A program made the position numbers and the translations under genes. Shown piece by piece: positions 50,322-64,000 of a stretch of 64,000 bases of DNA. This DNA comes from Kudoa neothunni (lineage: Eukaryota; Animalia; Cnidaria): contig OZ199838.1 of NCBI GenBank assembly GCA_964304625.1, forward strand, positions 13,211,843-13,275,842, read 5' to 3'. The notes below the pieces were generated by a model. That model did no database searches. It was not told the origin of the DNA and worked only from the letters and a program-made list of their open reading frames with translations. The number at the start of each line of letters is the position of its first letter. Position 1 is the first letter of the stretch.

Positions 50322-52381
50322 TGTTAATCTCTAAGGGCCGAATATAGTATATATTCATATATGTGATATTGCCTAAATACCGAATGGGAAATAAGAATTT
50401 ATTCGGCCATATATAATGTAATTACAATTATAAAATTTATATTTATAATTTTAAAAATTTATTTCTGATATTTTCATCTTAAAATATTTTCTAGCATAAA
50501 ACATGTCGATTTCAATTCAAATAGAATCATATAAAGAATTAAATTCAGATCGATACACCCGAGATTATAATTATAGGATACGACACTAAGAATAAATCGT
50601 CCAAATTTTATTCATATTCGAAAAAGCCTAACATTTTAAAATTCTAATTAGGAATGGTAACGCGCTCTTATTAAATAATTGTTTTGTGATTCTAACTGAG
50701 TTATTTAACGTCTTAAAGGTAAATAATGTTTTATTGGATGAGTAATGGATTTTTCTTACTTATTTTCTATCCTCATGGAAAGTTTTGACACTCCCTACCC
50801 ACTGTTTTCTGTGTATAAGATCAATATCGATATTATGTGAATATTTGACGCTATTTAAATCTTAAAAAAATTATTTAGAGGAAATATTTATAAAATAGAA
50901 TTAGACACTTTTTTTAAATAGGAACTAGCTTTTTCCACAGTAGAGGATATCTCCTTAATTTGTTGCAATATTTTTATCTGAATTCTTCTTGTATAAAGTT
51001 TGTTTTATCTACATAATGTCTCATTTATATGCTAATAGGCTTTTAATAAAATTTACGCGACATATCCAATTAAATTAGCGAAAATATCAGCCGAGTTTTG
51101 CGGTGATTTCTAAGAACTGTGATTAGATGCTTTCAGAATTTCATAAGACATTATTAAGAAACATGACAAAGAAAAACTGCCTGATTTTATAAAACGAAAT
51201 AAATAATATTGTAATCGCAGACGATATATATTATATTGAGATGAAATTTCAACAAATAAAATTTATTTGGCGCAAGGAAATTCACATTAATTCCGAAAAG
51301 GAAGTGATGAGTATATACTAGGGTTACATTACAGCATACGTATGCATGCCCAAGCTCGGCTAACTTGGATGAACATTCATTTTTCTCTGCCAATATCTGT
51401 TTATACGTGAATATTCATTTAGGAAAATATTGATCAAATAAAAATGTTATATAGTGGGTAAGCGATATTACGTATCAATCCGGCGCACACGCAAAACATT
51501 TAAAAACAGATTTTTATTTGTTAAGATTATATCACAGGCTTTAAAAATCACGTAGATAAATTGAGTAAGCTTTATTAATTTATATTCATATGTACACAAT
51601 AATAGTGAATTTCTAATTTGATTTCTAAATCATGGATACAATTCAGTTATTTGCAATTGGCGAATATTTTTCAATGACATTTCATAAATCTCTACTTCAA
51701 ACTCACACAACAACTTGTATTTTCTATTACCACCGACTTTGGTGCGTGTTTTAAATTGTTCACACGATCAACTTCTTTTTATAAAACTTTATATGTGTTA
51801 TTTTAACTTCCTTCTGCTCGATATCCTTTATAGTTGATTACATAAAGTCCTTATTTCCGTTAAAACCAACCATTTAATCGTTCATTATCTTCTATTGGAG
51901 TATCATTTCGTCAGTTTCATCCTTTTTTTTATTTCATAAAAATAATACAATGTGGAACTCTCGACTTGACGAATAGTAATTTTTTTAATTTTTTGGAGAA
52001 AAAGTTTCAAATAACTTCAATATTTCATATTTTCCTTTAGATGTTCAACGCCTCTGGTTATCAGTGATCATAGCTAGTGATTGCGTAAAATCCACAAGTG
52101 GTATAGAAATCGGAATAAAAATGTGTGTAAAATTAATCACTACGGATTTTACGTACCTTGACATTATTTGACATTAAATGAATATCTCATGCTCGTAAAA
52201 TGGGGAATATTAATTACAACATATCTCCGAATATACACATTTAATATGAGAACCACCAGGTTGTTTTTTAAAAAGTGCGTAAAATAGGTTGCCGGCTGTA
52301 TTATGGATATTATAGAGAGGATTTATCATATACAGTCGAATCTCGATTATACGGAACATTTGAAAACGGCGATTTTCTTTC

Positions 52382-52614
52382 GGCACTGGCTATTGACACG
52401 TAAGTTTTTAATCCAAAATGCCAACTACGCTAGCACATTGTCCATTTTTTAATCCCCCTAACTCCTATATATAATTGATCTATAGGGTTTATTTTCTAGA
52501 ATCTGTTGTATTGAATTATTTTTGACCCATCGCTACCGCTTCTACGAGCCAAGAATGAATACAATCAAAACTATACCTACCCGGATCTTATTTTACGCAT
52601 CAATAGCCACTTTC
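52382..52614. mobile_element. MULE-family MITE nested in pogo-like MITE
   Basis: TIRs GGCACTGGCTATTGACACGTAA / GAAAGTGGCTATTGATGCGTAA and 9-bp TSD ttttctttc/ttttttttc. The empty site is present in the copy at 36327-36882. Confidence 0.85.
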
Positions 52615-52803
52615 TTTTTTTTCTGGATAACGAGGTCCGGCTGCTAATCGAACATAAACAATGTCACACGCACTCGCGCTTTTTAAAATTTCTGCTTAAA
52701 GGATTGTTTACTTGATTTATAAACAATTTTTACTATTTATTGAGTAGAATAGTTTATCTCCTCCAACTTGAATTAAAAATTTAGGCGTATCTATATCTAT
52801 TAA

Positions 52804-54033
52804 CCCTCTAACGTAACGATACTGGGGTCGAATCGACCTCAACGAAAAATTGAATAATATGTAATGTTTTCTTCCTTAACCCTAATGTTTTTGAGTTCAA
52901 GCTATTCTTCACAAATGTATTTTTCTATGTAACTGAGGAAAATTAGATAATTTGGGTTTTCTATGTAGCCAAAATTTGAAGGATACCTTACAACGAAAAT
53001 TTGGGGTCGAATCGATCCCCTCGTTTTATTTCATCATTTTGTACATAAATTTAATTAAATTAGTTATATGAGATATTAAAAAATTTTACCGACAGAATTC
53101 TAAGGAAAATCGAAATTAATCCTTGAATTAATCTTCCGCAGCCTAATCGAACATTTCTCGTGCACAATTTAGGCGATCGATTGCATTAGGTAATATACAT
53201 TAATTTTTTCCTTCGGTAATGATTTAATATCAGGAGAATGTCTATTAATTCTGAATTTAATTTTTTATTTCATAAAGGATGAGTCTTCTGGTAGTGAGTA
53301 TGAGGAATGTTATAATTGAGGATGTCTCCCAAGAAACTGATGACGATAATCTGGGAATATAAAATATTTCAATAATTAACAAATATGGGTTAGTTTAGAG
53401 TTTTGCAAAAGAATCTACATCAAGAAAACGCGCATAAAATATTTTTTTTAAACTCTCCGCCGGGCTCAACAATCCATACGACTTTGAGAGTAAAATCAAT
53501 GCTTGATTGTTGTTATTTACAGACTGCACAATCGCCAGTTTTCTCATTGACCAGTTAGTTAGACGTTTCATTAAGTTTTTCAAAAATGAAAAAAATTAAA
53601 CCAAGAAAAATTATATATTGCGTGGATATTCTTATGTTATGGTTGAACGTTTGGATGCATTATTTTTTTAAGCGCGCAGTCATAAAGTTATCTTTTATAT
53701 TTGTTTTAATTTCAGTAAAATTTCACTAAAATTATAATAACTGACATCATTAAATTAGTTTGTATAGATAATCTCATTTCGCAATGTAGCCGCCGTTTCC
53801 TTGTCATTGAAGTAACGATATTTAGCGAAGTTGTCAGAGTCCATACATTAAGGGGTTACCGAAGATTAATGGGTTAGTAAACTTTAATTTGCTGAAAACT
53901 TTTCGATAGATTACTTACATATTATGTAAACCGAAACAAAATATTTTTTAGTAGAATAAAATAAAAATGTGGAGTCGATTCGACCCCAAATGATCGTTGG
54001 AGGTAAGTCGTCGATTTTATGATCGTTAGAGGG
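52804..54033. mobile_element. piggyBac-like non-autonomous element nested in pogo-like MITE
   Basis: TTAA-CCCTCTAACG...CGTTAGAGGG-TTAA with repeated GGGGTCGAATCGAC subterminal motifs. The empty-site copy has a single TTAA. Confidence 0.9.
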
Positions 54034-54599
54034 TTAACTAAGAATTTGGAGACTTAAGGAAAAACAATACATAATTATGGGAGAAGAACACGTTTACAGA
54101 GGAATAATCCACTCTTCTAAATATTCGGTAACCAATGCTTACTTAAAATAAATACAGGCATAATGCTCGGATCTAGTCTAGTACAGAATTAAATAAAAAC
54201 TGAATATTTAACTTAAATTTTAAAAGAAAAACTTATAAATAATTAACCTAGAAATATTATTGTTTTAAATATTGCGCTGGTATACACGTTAAATAATATA
54301 TGTGATACGGTGATAGGTGGTACTTTATCCGGAAGTATGATTAAATAGTTGTTCCGGTTTCCAGATAATCAAACACCTGTCGAAACGCAACTTCAATAAA
54401 ATCCAAACAAAATTTAAAATATTGTTAGGATAGCGCAAATTCCGAATAATCGGGGTCGGGTGGTATATGCGCAAAAAAACAAACATTGAAATAAACAAAC
54501 AAAAATAATACAATCAAATAAAATGTAGAACAGCAGTGCTACTGAAAGAAAATAAAACCTAAACAAATGTAACCACGAGCCCAACCAACTTGCCAAAAC

Positions 54600-56950
54600 A
54601 ATAAAAACGAAAACTGTCTATTGGGGAAAACGTCACAACTAAATCAAATACTTGGGTTGTTTGTTCAATGGGAAATTAACCAACTAAAAGACGAAAAAAC
54701 AGGAATACAAATCAAATACTTAGGTGCTTGTTATGACTGTGATTTTAAAACTTCATTCTATATCCTTAACAAATGTGCCAAAACCCATTGACTTAGTTGT
54801 CTAACGTTAGAATAGGAAGCACAGAAAAAAACTTGTTATTGTCTGACGATGCGCTGAATTAATAATATTCTACATTCTAACCAGCAGTGGGCACGAAGAG
54901 TTACCAAACTGGCTAAAAAGAATTAAGAATTATTAAAAATATACTTGGACATCAACATTGAATTTGAATAGGTGATTGTAATGTAGTCTAAAGAAGAGAC
55001 GAAAACCCCAACAACATATTACATGCCGGATTTATTATCAAGGCCAATAATCGAGGCGAGTAGATGAAGAATTAATGGAGACTAAGTTTGAGTAACCAAC
55101 TGATAGACCTTCAATTATTTAAGCCCAAATTAGCGAACAGAATAAAATGTCATCTAAAGGAGGACATCAACAGTTATCTACAAGAACCTTGTGGGATCTG
55201 TTATCTGATGCAAAAATTAGACCGGTTGTAGAGAAAACGGACATTGAAACCAACCTATAATGAACAACAAAAGCACAAAGTGCATAAATTCTAAAAAGTA
55301 AACGGAGAAAAAACAATTTCCTACAAAACCAACACGGACAAAAACATATCAACAAATCTTATCCAACAATCGCGGAACCCTTCATTAATGCACAGCATAT
55401 CAACATAAACTGTATCTGAAAATTTCCTTTAATATTACGACAAAAAATTGATCATTTGATGGAGATTATTTAATTCTCACTGCAACGCTTGTTTAATAAA
55501 TTCACATCAAATCTTTAAACAATTCCATGCAATTGGGCTTAACACATATCGTTATCACCGGAGATTATCTTAGGAATATTCAACAATTATCAGCAGACAC
55601 TTTTCTTATAGTAGCGTGCGAAGAAAATTTACACATTCATCAAATAACGTCGATCCTCCATAAAAGCCATGTGTTTAAGATAAGTATCAGAAGCAATTAG
55701 AACAATAAAACTTTGTTTGCGTGAAGCTGGGACAATTTATCTGGAAATGTTTTTAAATTAGGTGAAATAGAAAAGCCATCCATTTAAAGAATCTTGAAGT
55801 GAGGTATTTGAGCCAAAAGTTAATAGTTGGAACCATTTAGACGGTGTAGATAATAATGTACGCGTATCCAACACATATTTCTTACGTAATTCATTACATT
55901 AGCGAGGAGAATTGATGAGAAAAACAGTTAGCTCATGAAATAATTGATTCTATTGGATGTTAATTAGTCGAATAATCGACAAAATAAAAATTTTCATTGG
56001 CGTTAATCCGAAGCGTAGCACGTAAGATTCAACATTTGAAGAGCAACACAATAGGCGTTAAGATAGAAGGTTAATTTGGAGCCGAACAAATAATCATACC
56101 AACCGATAAAGTGAAAATAGAGTAAGCTTAAATCAAGTCGAGAGCGACCAAATTATGGGTGTATATCATAACGTTAACATTTTTCGAAACGACGCATAAA
56201 TCAAATTCTTTACTAAGTTTATGACAACCAAAGTAACGAGTGCCAAGCAATAAAATTTTTCGATTACACATTGAAATAGAGTGGATGGTATTAGAGTTGA
56301 GAAAAATTCTTTAGGTGATCATTCATAAAATTAGTAGCGATATGTATTGTTAGCTTGAAACGTTTACATATTGATCAAATACATGGCGAATATTAGCAAT
56401 ACAAGTACAACCAAATGCTAATCTTCCTGGATATTGCGAGCCGAAAAACGTATCAACGGATTAACACGATGCTATTGGAAAATTTTGAATGTTAAAAGCA
56501 TAAACACACATCATCAGCATATTTTTTTGGTAATCTTTAATAGTAAAATTTCATGATTTATTGTTATCTCACACGAGGGAACTGATGTTTTTAGCGATGT
56601 AGGATCTAGTTGCTTGACAAAATAAACATTTTGATACTAATTGAAAAATCCTTTTAAGCTCTTCCGCTCACAACAACATTGCATCTCAAGAAACTTATTC
56701 AGTATATAGCCTCAGGAAATTGGACAAATAAAGGTCAAGATCCAAGATCGGTTAATGATAATAGACGATCACAAACTGCGAACTCGTACAAACAACAGTC
56801 TCCAAAACTTGGAGGTTAACTGAGTTAACTCATGCCATTTAAAAGGCTAAGCACTGCAGCTACCAAATTTACTTGATTGGAGGAGTTCACCCTCAGACCA
56901 ACACCACTTCGGCCATTCTTCAGCGACGATTCAACGAAGAATCTTCGGCA
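54600..56950 (+). mobile_element. Heavily decayed non-LTR retrotransposon-like sequence
   Basis: A-rich strand bias and two IKYLG peptides (~54642, ~54711) resembling the end of the RT domain. No intact ORF. Confidence 0.35.
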
Positions 56951-59900
56951 TTTAACGTTAATCCTCTGGGGAGATTTAATCCGATCCGATGGTCAATAAC
57001 ATCATTTGAAGTGTTAAGCTTTCTCATTTATACAAAATGAAACGTCAACAGAACTAATACAATCTGAGTCACTGATTTATAGGAAATTATACAATTATCA
57101 AGCTTGATATGTTAATCTCAATACTAATCTGATAATTGGCGATTATGAACCCTATAAGCCTGTTAATAGCGTAGTACATTATGGAATTGGCATAATTAAA
57201 AACCTATATAAGGTATTTGGGTCACGCTAAATGATGCTTAATTAGTTCCAATAAATTAATCTCTATAACTAATAAATATAATTGCTCGTACACTTATTAC
57301 ACATTTATTCCGATGAAATAATTTATCGGCTGTTTACATTCAACTCTATATAATACATTAATCTTGTTGAAAATATAACCTTCTATATGAAGGTATTATT
57401 ACTTCATCAATCTAGCAATTGAACAAAAATGTCAATTATGGTAAACTATTTAATATTGCAAAGTCTCGATAGAGCGAAGTTTATCGGAGCTTAGGATTTA
57501 CTACGCTAAATTATGTATCGTTGGTACGTAATCCCCTCAGTATCATTTAAAATGATGTAATAAAGGTTGAAAATGATAGGATGCACTTAAAATGAGTACG
57601 CGATTATTCTTTCTTCTTATTTGAACTATTATTTAGCATAGGTAATAGAATTGTTTATTAGATTAGAATAATTAAAAATACATTCTTAGGATTATATGAT
57701 GGAAAAATAATCTGGAATTGTTGTATAAATGATATTTTTTGATATAATATTTATATCCTTTTGAATTGGGATAAAATTTAGTAAATTGTCAGTTCTATGG
57801 AATTATAAATATTATTTTATAATTTACTAATTTTCTACGCCATATGGAAACATTTTTTTATATATAGACCTCTTAGATTTCAAAAAAGTTCACCTTACTA
57901 TTTAATTTTGATACGGCGTATACTGTAAAATGTCCAAGGTGGTGGCTATCTGCATGGATGGTAATATCTCTTAGAATACGCGAGATATTAAAAAATTTGA
58001 TTTTATTGATATATTAGTTTATATTTTTCATAAAAAATTTTATAAATTTGTTAAAATTGTTGAAGTGGAAAATTTGTGTATTAGAACTTGTATTTTTACG
58101 ATTTCTCTATGCGAAAATCATATTTTTCTTGATTTAATAATAGTATGTAATGATTATTTACGGTATCCTAACCCAACTAATTCATATTATCTAAAAAAAC
58201 TTTACAGACTCTAATGAAGTATGCGTACCAGACTACTTTTCTCATTTAATTCCATTATCTAAAAATAATGGAAAAAACTGAGACTGCCGAACCACCACTT
58301 ATTTTTTTAATGCGACTATGTTTGTATCCATCTACTGCCGGCATTCTAATAATGTCGACATTTTATACTAGTTTGTTTGAAAAAATTTTCTCGATTTATT
58401 AAAATTACAATTTTATTAACTATTAAAGGATAACCTTGGGCTTCACATACCACCTTTATATTATTAAGTTTATAAATTTTGTTGTTAAGCATGTTATATT
58501 TTGTGCATATTCGCCAAAATTTCATCTACATCTAAAAAAGCATTATCTACCGACCAACATAATAAAATTAGTTGAAAGTTTGACGAAATTACACAGAATA
58601 CACCAGGTTTTACACCAAAATAATAGAAAAGTGAGTGCGCGAATCCAATGGTTGGCAGTTAAGGGTTACGTTAAATTAATGGTAAATTTTTATATCAATA
58701 ATAAATAAAAATTCTATTAAATAAAAATTTTAATTTAATTCTTATTAAACGATTTTTTGGAGAGCCAACAACAGTTACTCTACTCATCTTCTGCCTTCCT
58801 ATAATATTTATTTCGGATAATTCCACCCAAATAATATTAGATGCTTAGGGTGACAGATAAGTAAAGTATTGTTGCATATTTCGCTGTTAAATGGGATATG
58901 GTATCTCAAGACTTTAAAAATTTGGTAGTCATTACATTTTGTTCTTTCAATTCTCATAGATTTCCAGTTATAGAAGAAGAATATGAAGAATCTTGCATTG
59001 TTGAAAATTGTTTAACAACATCTTTAATTTTGCTTTTTATTGATCCCAATCTATAATTTTTTTGGTTGTTATAATAATTTTCAGCAGAGCTTAAGCTAAT
59101 GATCCATTTATTTATGGTTAGGTTCTTATTTTGGTCAAAATAAATATTGAGATTGGAGATTCCGTGCCCGTACAATTTATCACGTAAGGAATCAAATTAA
59201 TTTTTACTGGCACTGTAAATTATTTTATTGAAAATTTTCATAACAAATATTCTTTTCTCTGAATTTATTCCACACTTTCCTAATTAACTTTGCATTCGAA
59301 TATTTGAGAGAAATTAAACCTACGTGGCTTTGCCGAAAAAAATACGTACTATCGGTTATTCACATGATATAATAGATTGATGATTTCCTGGTTTAATCAA
59401 AAAATATTTTGAGATTAAAAGTTAGAATAATGTCCGTAATCTAACTTTGCCACGACAATAAAACCGATCCTGTTGATTATTTTAGTTTTTTGTATTTATC
59501 ATTGTTTCATCACCAGTAGGTTATTTTCGGTCCTCTAGTTGTTAAAAATAATAGTTGCCGTAATATACTATTGAAATAGCAGTTAACCCCTTGCAGTTAT
59601 TTCAACAGGTCATACCTTTTAATTGATATAGTAAAGCATGCTTTATGTAGGGTAAAATTTTAGTGTGACAACTATGTTTTTTATCGATTGTCATATTTCA
59701 TCCTTAGCGACTTCCTATTATTAATTCAATTCCTGTAAGAATAGGTTTTCCATATTTTATACCAGCATTATATGATTAATTTAGCGGTTGTATAAATTTA
59801 ATTAAAAAATAATTTGTTGGACGAAATCCAGTCATTCCTAGAATTAAATATTAAAAAAATATCACGCTAATTTAATTTAAAAAATTTAGAATTAATTTAC

Positions 59901-61007
59901 GAACTAATTATAATCTTTAATCTCCAAGCACGTCAAAATCGTCTATACACCACGTAGTTTTTGGAGTCCCATGTATCCCACTTTTTTATTGTTTATTTTG
60001 TTTTATAAAATCATATTGGTTCACATTTTATAGTAAAAAATAATTCTATTGAATGAATAAGGAAGAAACCTACGAATACTGCAAAATCGATGTCTCTCAA
60101 TTGTGCCCGATGATTCGAACTGTATTTTTTCTACGATTATATTGGAATTAAGTTAGTTTTCGTACTCATAAAAATATATATTTACGTTAATTAACCATAA
60201 TAAACTATTTGGGAGGAAAAGTACTTGTACAGCTTTACATGTAACTCAATATACAATACGTAAAGTAGTCGTTAATTAATTATTAAAATTGGCCAGTTTT
60301 ATTAACTTTTAATTTATATATTTCATACAAAAATTTGTTATTCTTTATGGATTCATAAAGAACGACATGCATTATTCACCCTCTCGGTAGCTGAAAAGTC
60401 TATACCGTCCAAATAAAAATGGGGTTGAAATGTACTCCGCGTTCTCATTTCATAAAATTGTTTTAAATAAAAGTTAATATCGATAGAAAAAATATGAGGA
60501 AAATTCTTCGTTTGAATTATGCATAAACGATCAATTATTAAGGTTATGTACATGTTGATACGTTACTTTGGAATATGATTGTGTGTATTTCTAGGTTTAT
60601 TTCGGTGGTTTTTTTATTCGGCGAATAATTTAACTACTTTATGTTAATTTATCTTCTTATAACCAACACGATATAATATTCCGAAGAAACACACAAAATG
60701 ATAGTAAACAGTGATTATTTCATAAAACAGTTATCACGTGTTTTTTAAATGCCCTCCACAATACGAACCTATGCAAAATGATGAACGTTCATCATAAATT
60801 GAATAATCCGCATATGAGTCATCATAATCTGAGGAGCTATGGTTGTATTCAGACAAAGATGACATGATCATATCGACATCGCGCACGTGGGTGGGCATAA
60901 CTTGCGTGGTATTTAGTTATTTTTTTAATATTTACTCGATAGAATTCTTCAAAACTTTAAAAATTTGTATACAATATTGTTTACTTATATTTAATAAAGG
61001 AAAATCG

Positions 61008-61226
61008 TGGGGTCCATTGAACCCCAAAGACGACGTGGTGTAAGTAATTGTTATTTTACGCTGGAAAAAAATTTCCCATTATTTTTTAACAAATGTTATG
61101 AAAATATATTGCATTTTGGAGGAATAATATTGGTTGTTAACCTATTTTGAATTACAGATGATCTGTAGATGACTGAGACATTTGCGTTTAGGTCCAATGG
61201 ACCATACTCAGGCTTGGAAGATTAAT
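61008..61226. mobile_element. piggyBac-like end fragment
   Basis: GGGGTCCATTGAACCCC and GGTCCAATGGACC subterminal-type palindromes, ending near TTAA. Confidence 0.3.
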
Positions 61227-61951
61227 CGGAAAATGCGGCCACTATTCTGCATTTTAACCTATTTTGAAGACTTTTACCTTCTTATAGTCATAAGAATATT
61301 ATAAAACGTTTCACTTAATATAAACTTTGATTACGTCGTATTGACGAAAGTGCGTACTATAAGTTGGTTGCTGTACAAAAGAGTTAAATGATGGAACAAC
61401 CCAACTTACGAGCATGATTTGCAGATGTGCACAAATTAAATTCTAATGATATGAGGATGGCTAAAACGACTGAGACGTACACAATTATATTTTATTAATT
61501 AATGTTTAAGTTAGAAATTTTTCTTTCCAGTACCAGATATAGGGTGCCTAGCAACACAACTAACAAACTGGTTAGAAAATCACCCTAAATACCTATACAT
61601 AAAATAAAATTGGAATTAAGTCAATCCAAAGCTACTGGGATATGCTAACCTAATTTTATCATTGTTTATTGAATAATGATGACATATGTTAGCATCTGCA
61701 AACAAAAAAATTGAATAAGCCAAACTGGTTGCTGAGTAATGCGTAATTTTTAAATGGGATGCGCACTCATTAAGTTGCCAAATATTAATCTTTAAATCTC
61801 TAAAAAAATAAAATTTTCGGAGTACATCCCCAATAACAACCGGTATAAAAATCAGTTTTATTTAAACTTAATAACACAATATAAATGAAGGCATAGGTGT
61901 AGGTGATAGAAACAGAGGGAATAAATGGAAAATTGATCGTTATTTTTATCT

Positions 61952-63138
61952 ATGTTGAACGAGATAAGTGAAGACAATAGAAACTCTAATAACGTCACCT
62001 CAAACAAATTTACTAAAAAAAAATCTCACGGAAGAGAAATATTTATCTTTGGATCTATCGCAGCTGCAACTGCCAAAACAGTGATAGCTCCGCTGGAGAG
62101 AACAAAAATAATGATTCAAAGTAGAACAGTGATAGATATCCATTTGGTTAACCTTCGAGTTTTTAGCTTCATCCAAAGATTTCACTTTTCAAGTTAATAC
62201 GTTTTAGAACAAACAAATATTGACATGAAATTAATAGAGGATATTTTGTATTTTAAAATCAACAGTGAATGACTTGGGCTATAAAGGACTATGGAAAGGT
62301 CATTCAGCGAATTTGGTTAGAGTTATCCCTTATGGTGGGATTCAATTTTTAACATTTGATACCATGAAAAATTTGTGTATTTCTACAAAAGGACGACCAA
62401 TTGACCCAACAAAGTAACTCATTTTAATCATTTATAAAAACTTTTTAGTTTTTCGCTTTTACTGTGGCTTGAATGTTTGATTTGTTGATAGTTTCGGCAA
62501 ATTGGAGCCTTCAGAAAGATTGTTGTGCGGGTGTGTCACTGGAATTGTTAGCACCGGACTCACCTATCCCCTTGATCTAATTAGAACTCGAATGGCGATC
62601 ACTGATTATTGCGGGTAATATGATATAATTGAGCCATTGTAGCTTTATACTATTTAGCTTCAAGAGTGTAAACAAAACAGTAAAAATAACCTTAAAAAAA
62701 GAAGGTGTATTTGGATTGTATAGAGGTTTGACTGTGAGTCTAATTGGAATATTGCCATATGCTGGTGTGTCATTTTTTACCTTTGAAACACTTAAAACCA
62801 AAATTTTAAGTGGCAAACAAATACATCATGATTCGAACCAAAATAATCTTACCACATCTGAAAGACTGTTATGTGGGGGTTTGGCGGGACTTATCGCCCA
62901 ATCAACTAGTTATCCATTTGATATCATCCGCAGATTATTGCAATTCGACTGTTGTGTACTGAAAAATGAATACAAATTTATAAGAACGATTCACGCTGTT
63001 AGATATGTTTATTATTCACAAGGTTTTGTGAACGGTTTCTATAAAGGACTGAGCATAAATTGGATAAAGGGACCAATAGCTTCAGCCACCAGCTTTACGG
63101 TGTTCGAAACTCTCAAACAACAATTTTGTGTTTTATAA
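61952..63138 (+). CDS. SLC25A42: Mitochondrial coenzyme A transporter (SLC25 carrier)
   Basis: Three carrier signature repeats (APLERTK, YPLDLIR, YPFDIIR), LWKGHSANLVRVIPY and the SLC25A42-typical YKGLSINWIKGPIA. Four short GT-AG introns keep the frame. Confidence 0.9.
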
Positions 63139-64000
63139 TTTTTTATATGCTTCGAAAAAATTTTTTGTTATTTATAGCTATATGGGAAAATTTTTGCGAT
63201 TTAGGCACATTTTAAAACATTTTTAACATTATACGTGGATGTCACTATTTTGGATAATGTTAGAAATTGTTAGAAACTAGAACGATCCATTTAATATTAT
63301 CGATGGAAATGTTATTATTAGAAACTATACTCAATGCTGAGCGTTATTATTAGAGTAATCTCAATCAGACCAATTTCAATAAAGTCATACGCTTTTATCC
63401 AAATACCTTGGTCATAGGTAATTTTGGTAGATTTTCGGACGAATGTAAATAAATTTGTTAATATTTTGAATACGGAGATTATTTTAAAATTACAATAATA
63501 AGAATGAAAAAAGTTTAATTCCCCAAATTGCATATTGATATATTTTTCAATTTCATATGTTTATTATATAAGATACATTGATATCTAACATTCTGTGGCG
63601 AGCACGCAAAACTTTGTTTAAGCGCAAGCATGGAGTCCAATAGAACCTGCTGAGAAAATTGATCTAATACATACATAAACATATATACATTATTTTAACA
63701 CAAATTTCAAGTTTTATATTATATTTTGCGAGTGGTTATATAGCATTGAATTTTACTCGTTGAAATTGTTGCTTCCACTGATATATCATCTTTTGAAATG
63801 TATATAAAAAATTATATAAAAACTATTGATTACTTTTCCTATAAAATTGTGGATGTGGCAGTTACATCGCTAAAGGCTCATCTATTTTGAGTAGAGTTCA
63901 TTGAATGATCAGAATCATCGTTATAATATAATCATGTTTGATAGCCTGAATCTACTATTGCTGAATTTTCAACTAGAACAAAAAATTACAATCATTATAT

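Larger units (their letters stand above)
52333..54379. mobile_element. Second copy of the pogo-like MITE carrying two nested insertions
   Basis: TA-CAGTCGAATCTCGATTATACGGAA left end. Host segments align to the reverse complement of 36327-36882. Right TIR is degenerate. Confidence 0.8.

Noticed and set aside
1-64000. CRISPR arrays, rRNA, intact tRNA or prokaryotic operons
   Set aside because: None seen. The window is eukaryotic with spliceosomal introns.

Overview
AT-rich window from a compact, intron-dense animal genome. Most introns are GT-AG and about 38-55 nt, and the proteins are strongly diverged. I could not identify the species from sequence alone. I reconstructed these spliced genes by hand: NAA20, PDK1 (7.4-kb TE-filled intron), UTP15 head-to-head with ubiquilin, MRPL18 (one frameshift), a secreted ADAM-like pseudoprotease, COA8/APOPT1, a 7-repeat FN3-like type I membrane protein and SLC25A42. 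There is also an intronless Nup160-like ORF. Intergenic DNA and long introns hold many decayed DNA transposons (hAT, Buster, MULE, piggyBac, pogo-like), some nested, with empty sites confirmed by a second copy in the window. The main finding is an ORF-free ~324-nt minus-strand element at 31369-31692. By manual pairing it folds like an animal telomerase RNA: P1, P1.1, template, P2a/P2b/P3 pseudoknot, a simple CR4/5-equivalent stem and an H/ACA-type 3' hairpin. Its template specifies TTAGG rather than TTAGGG.
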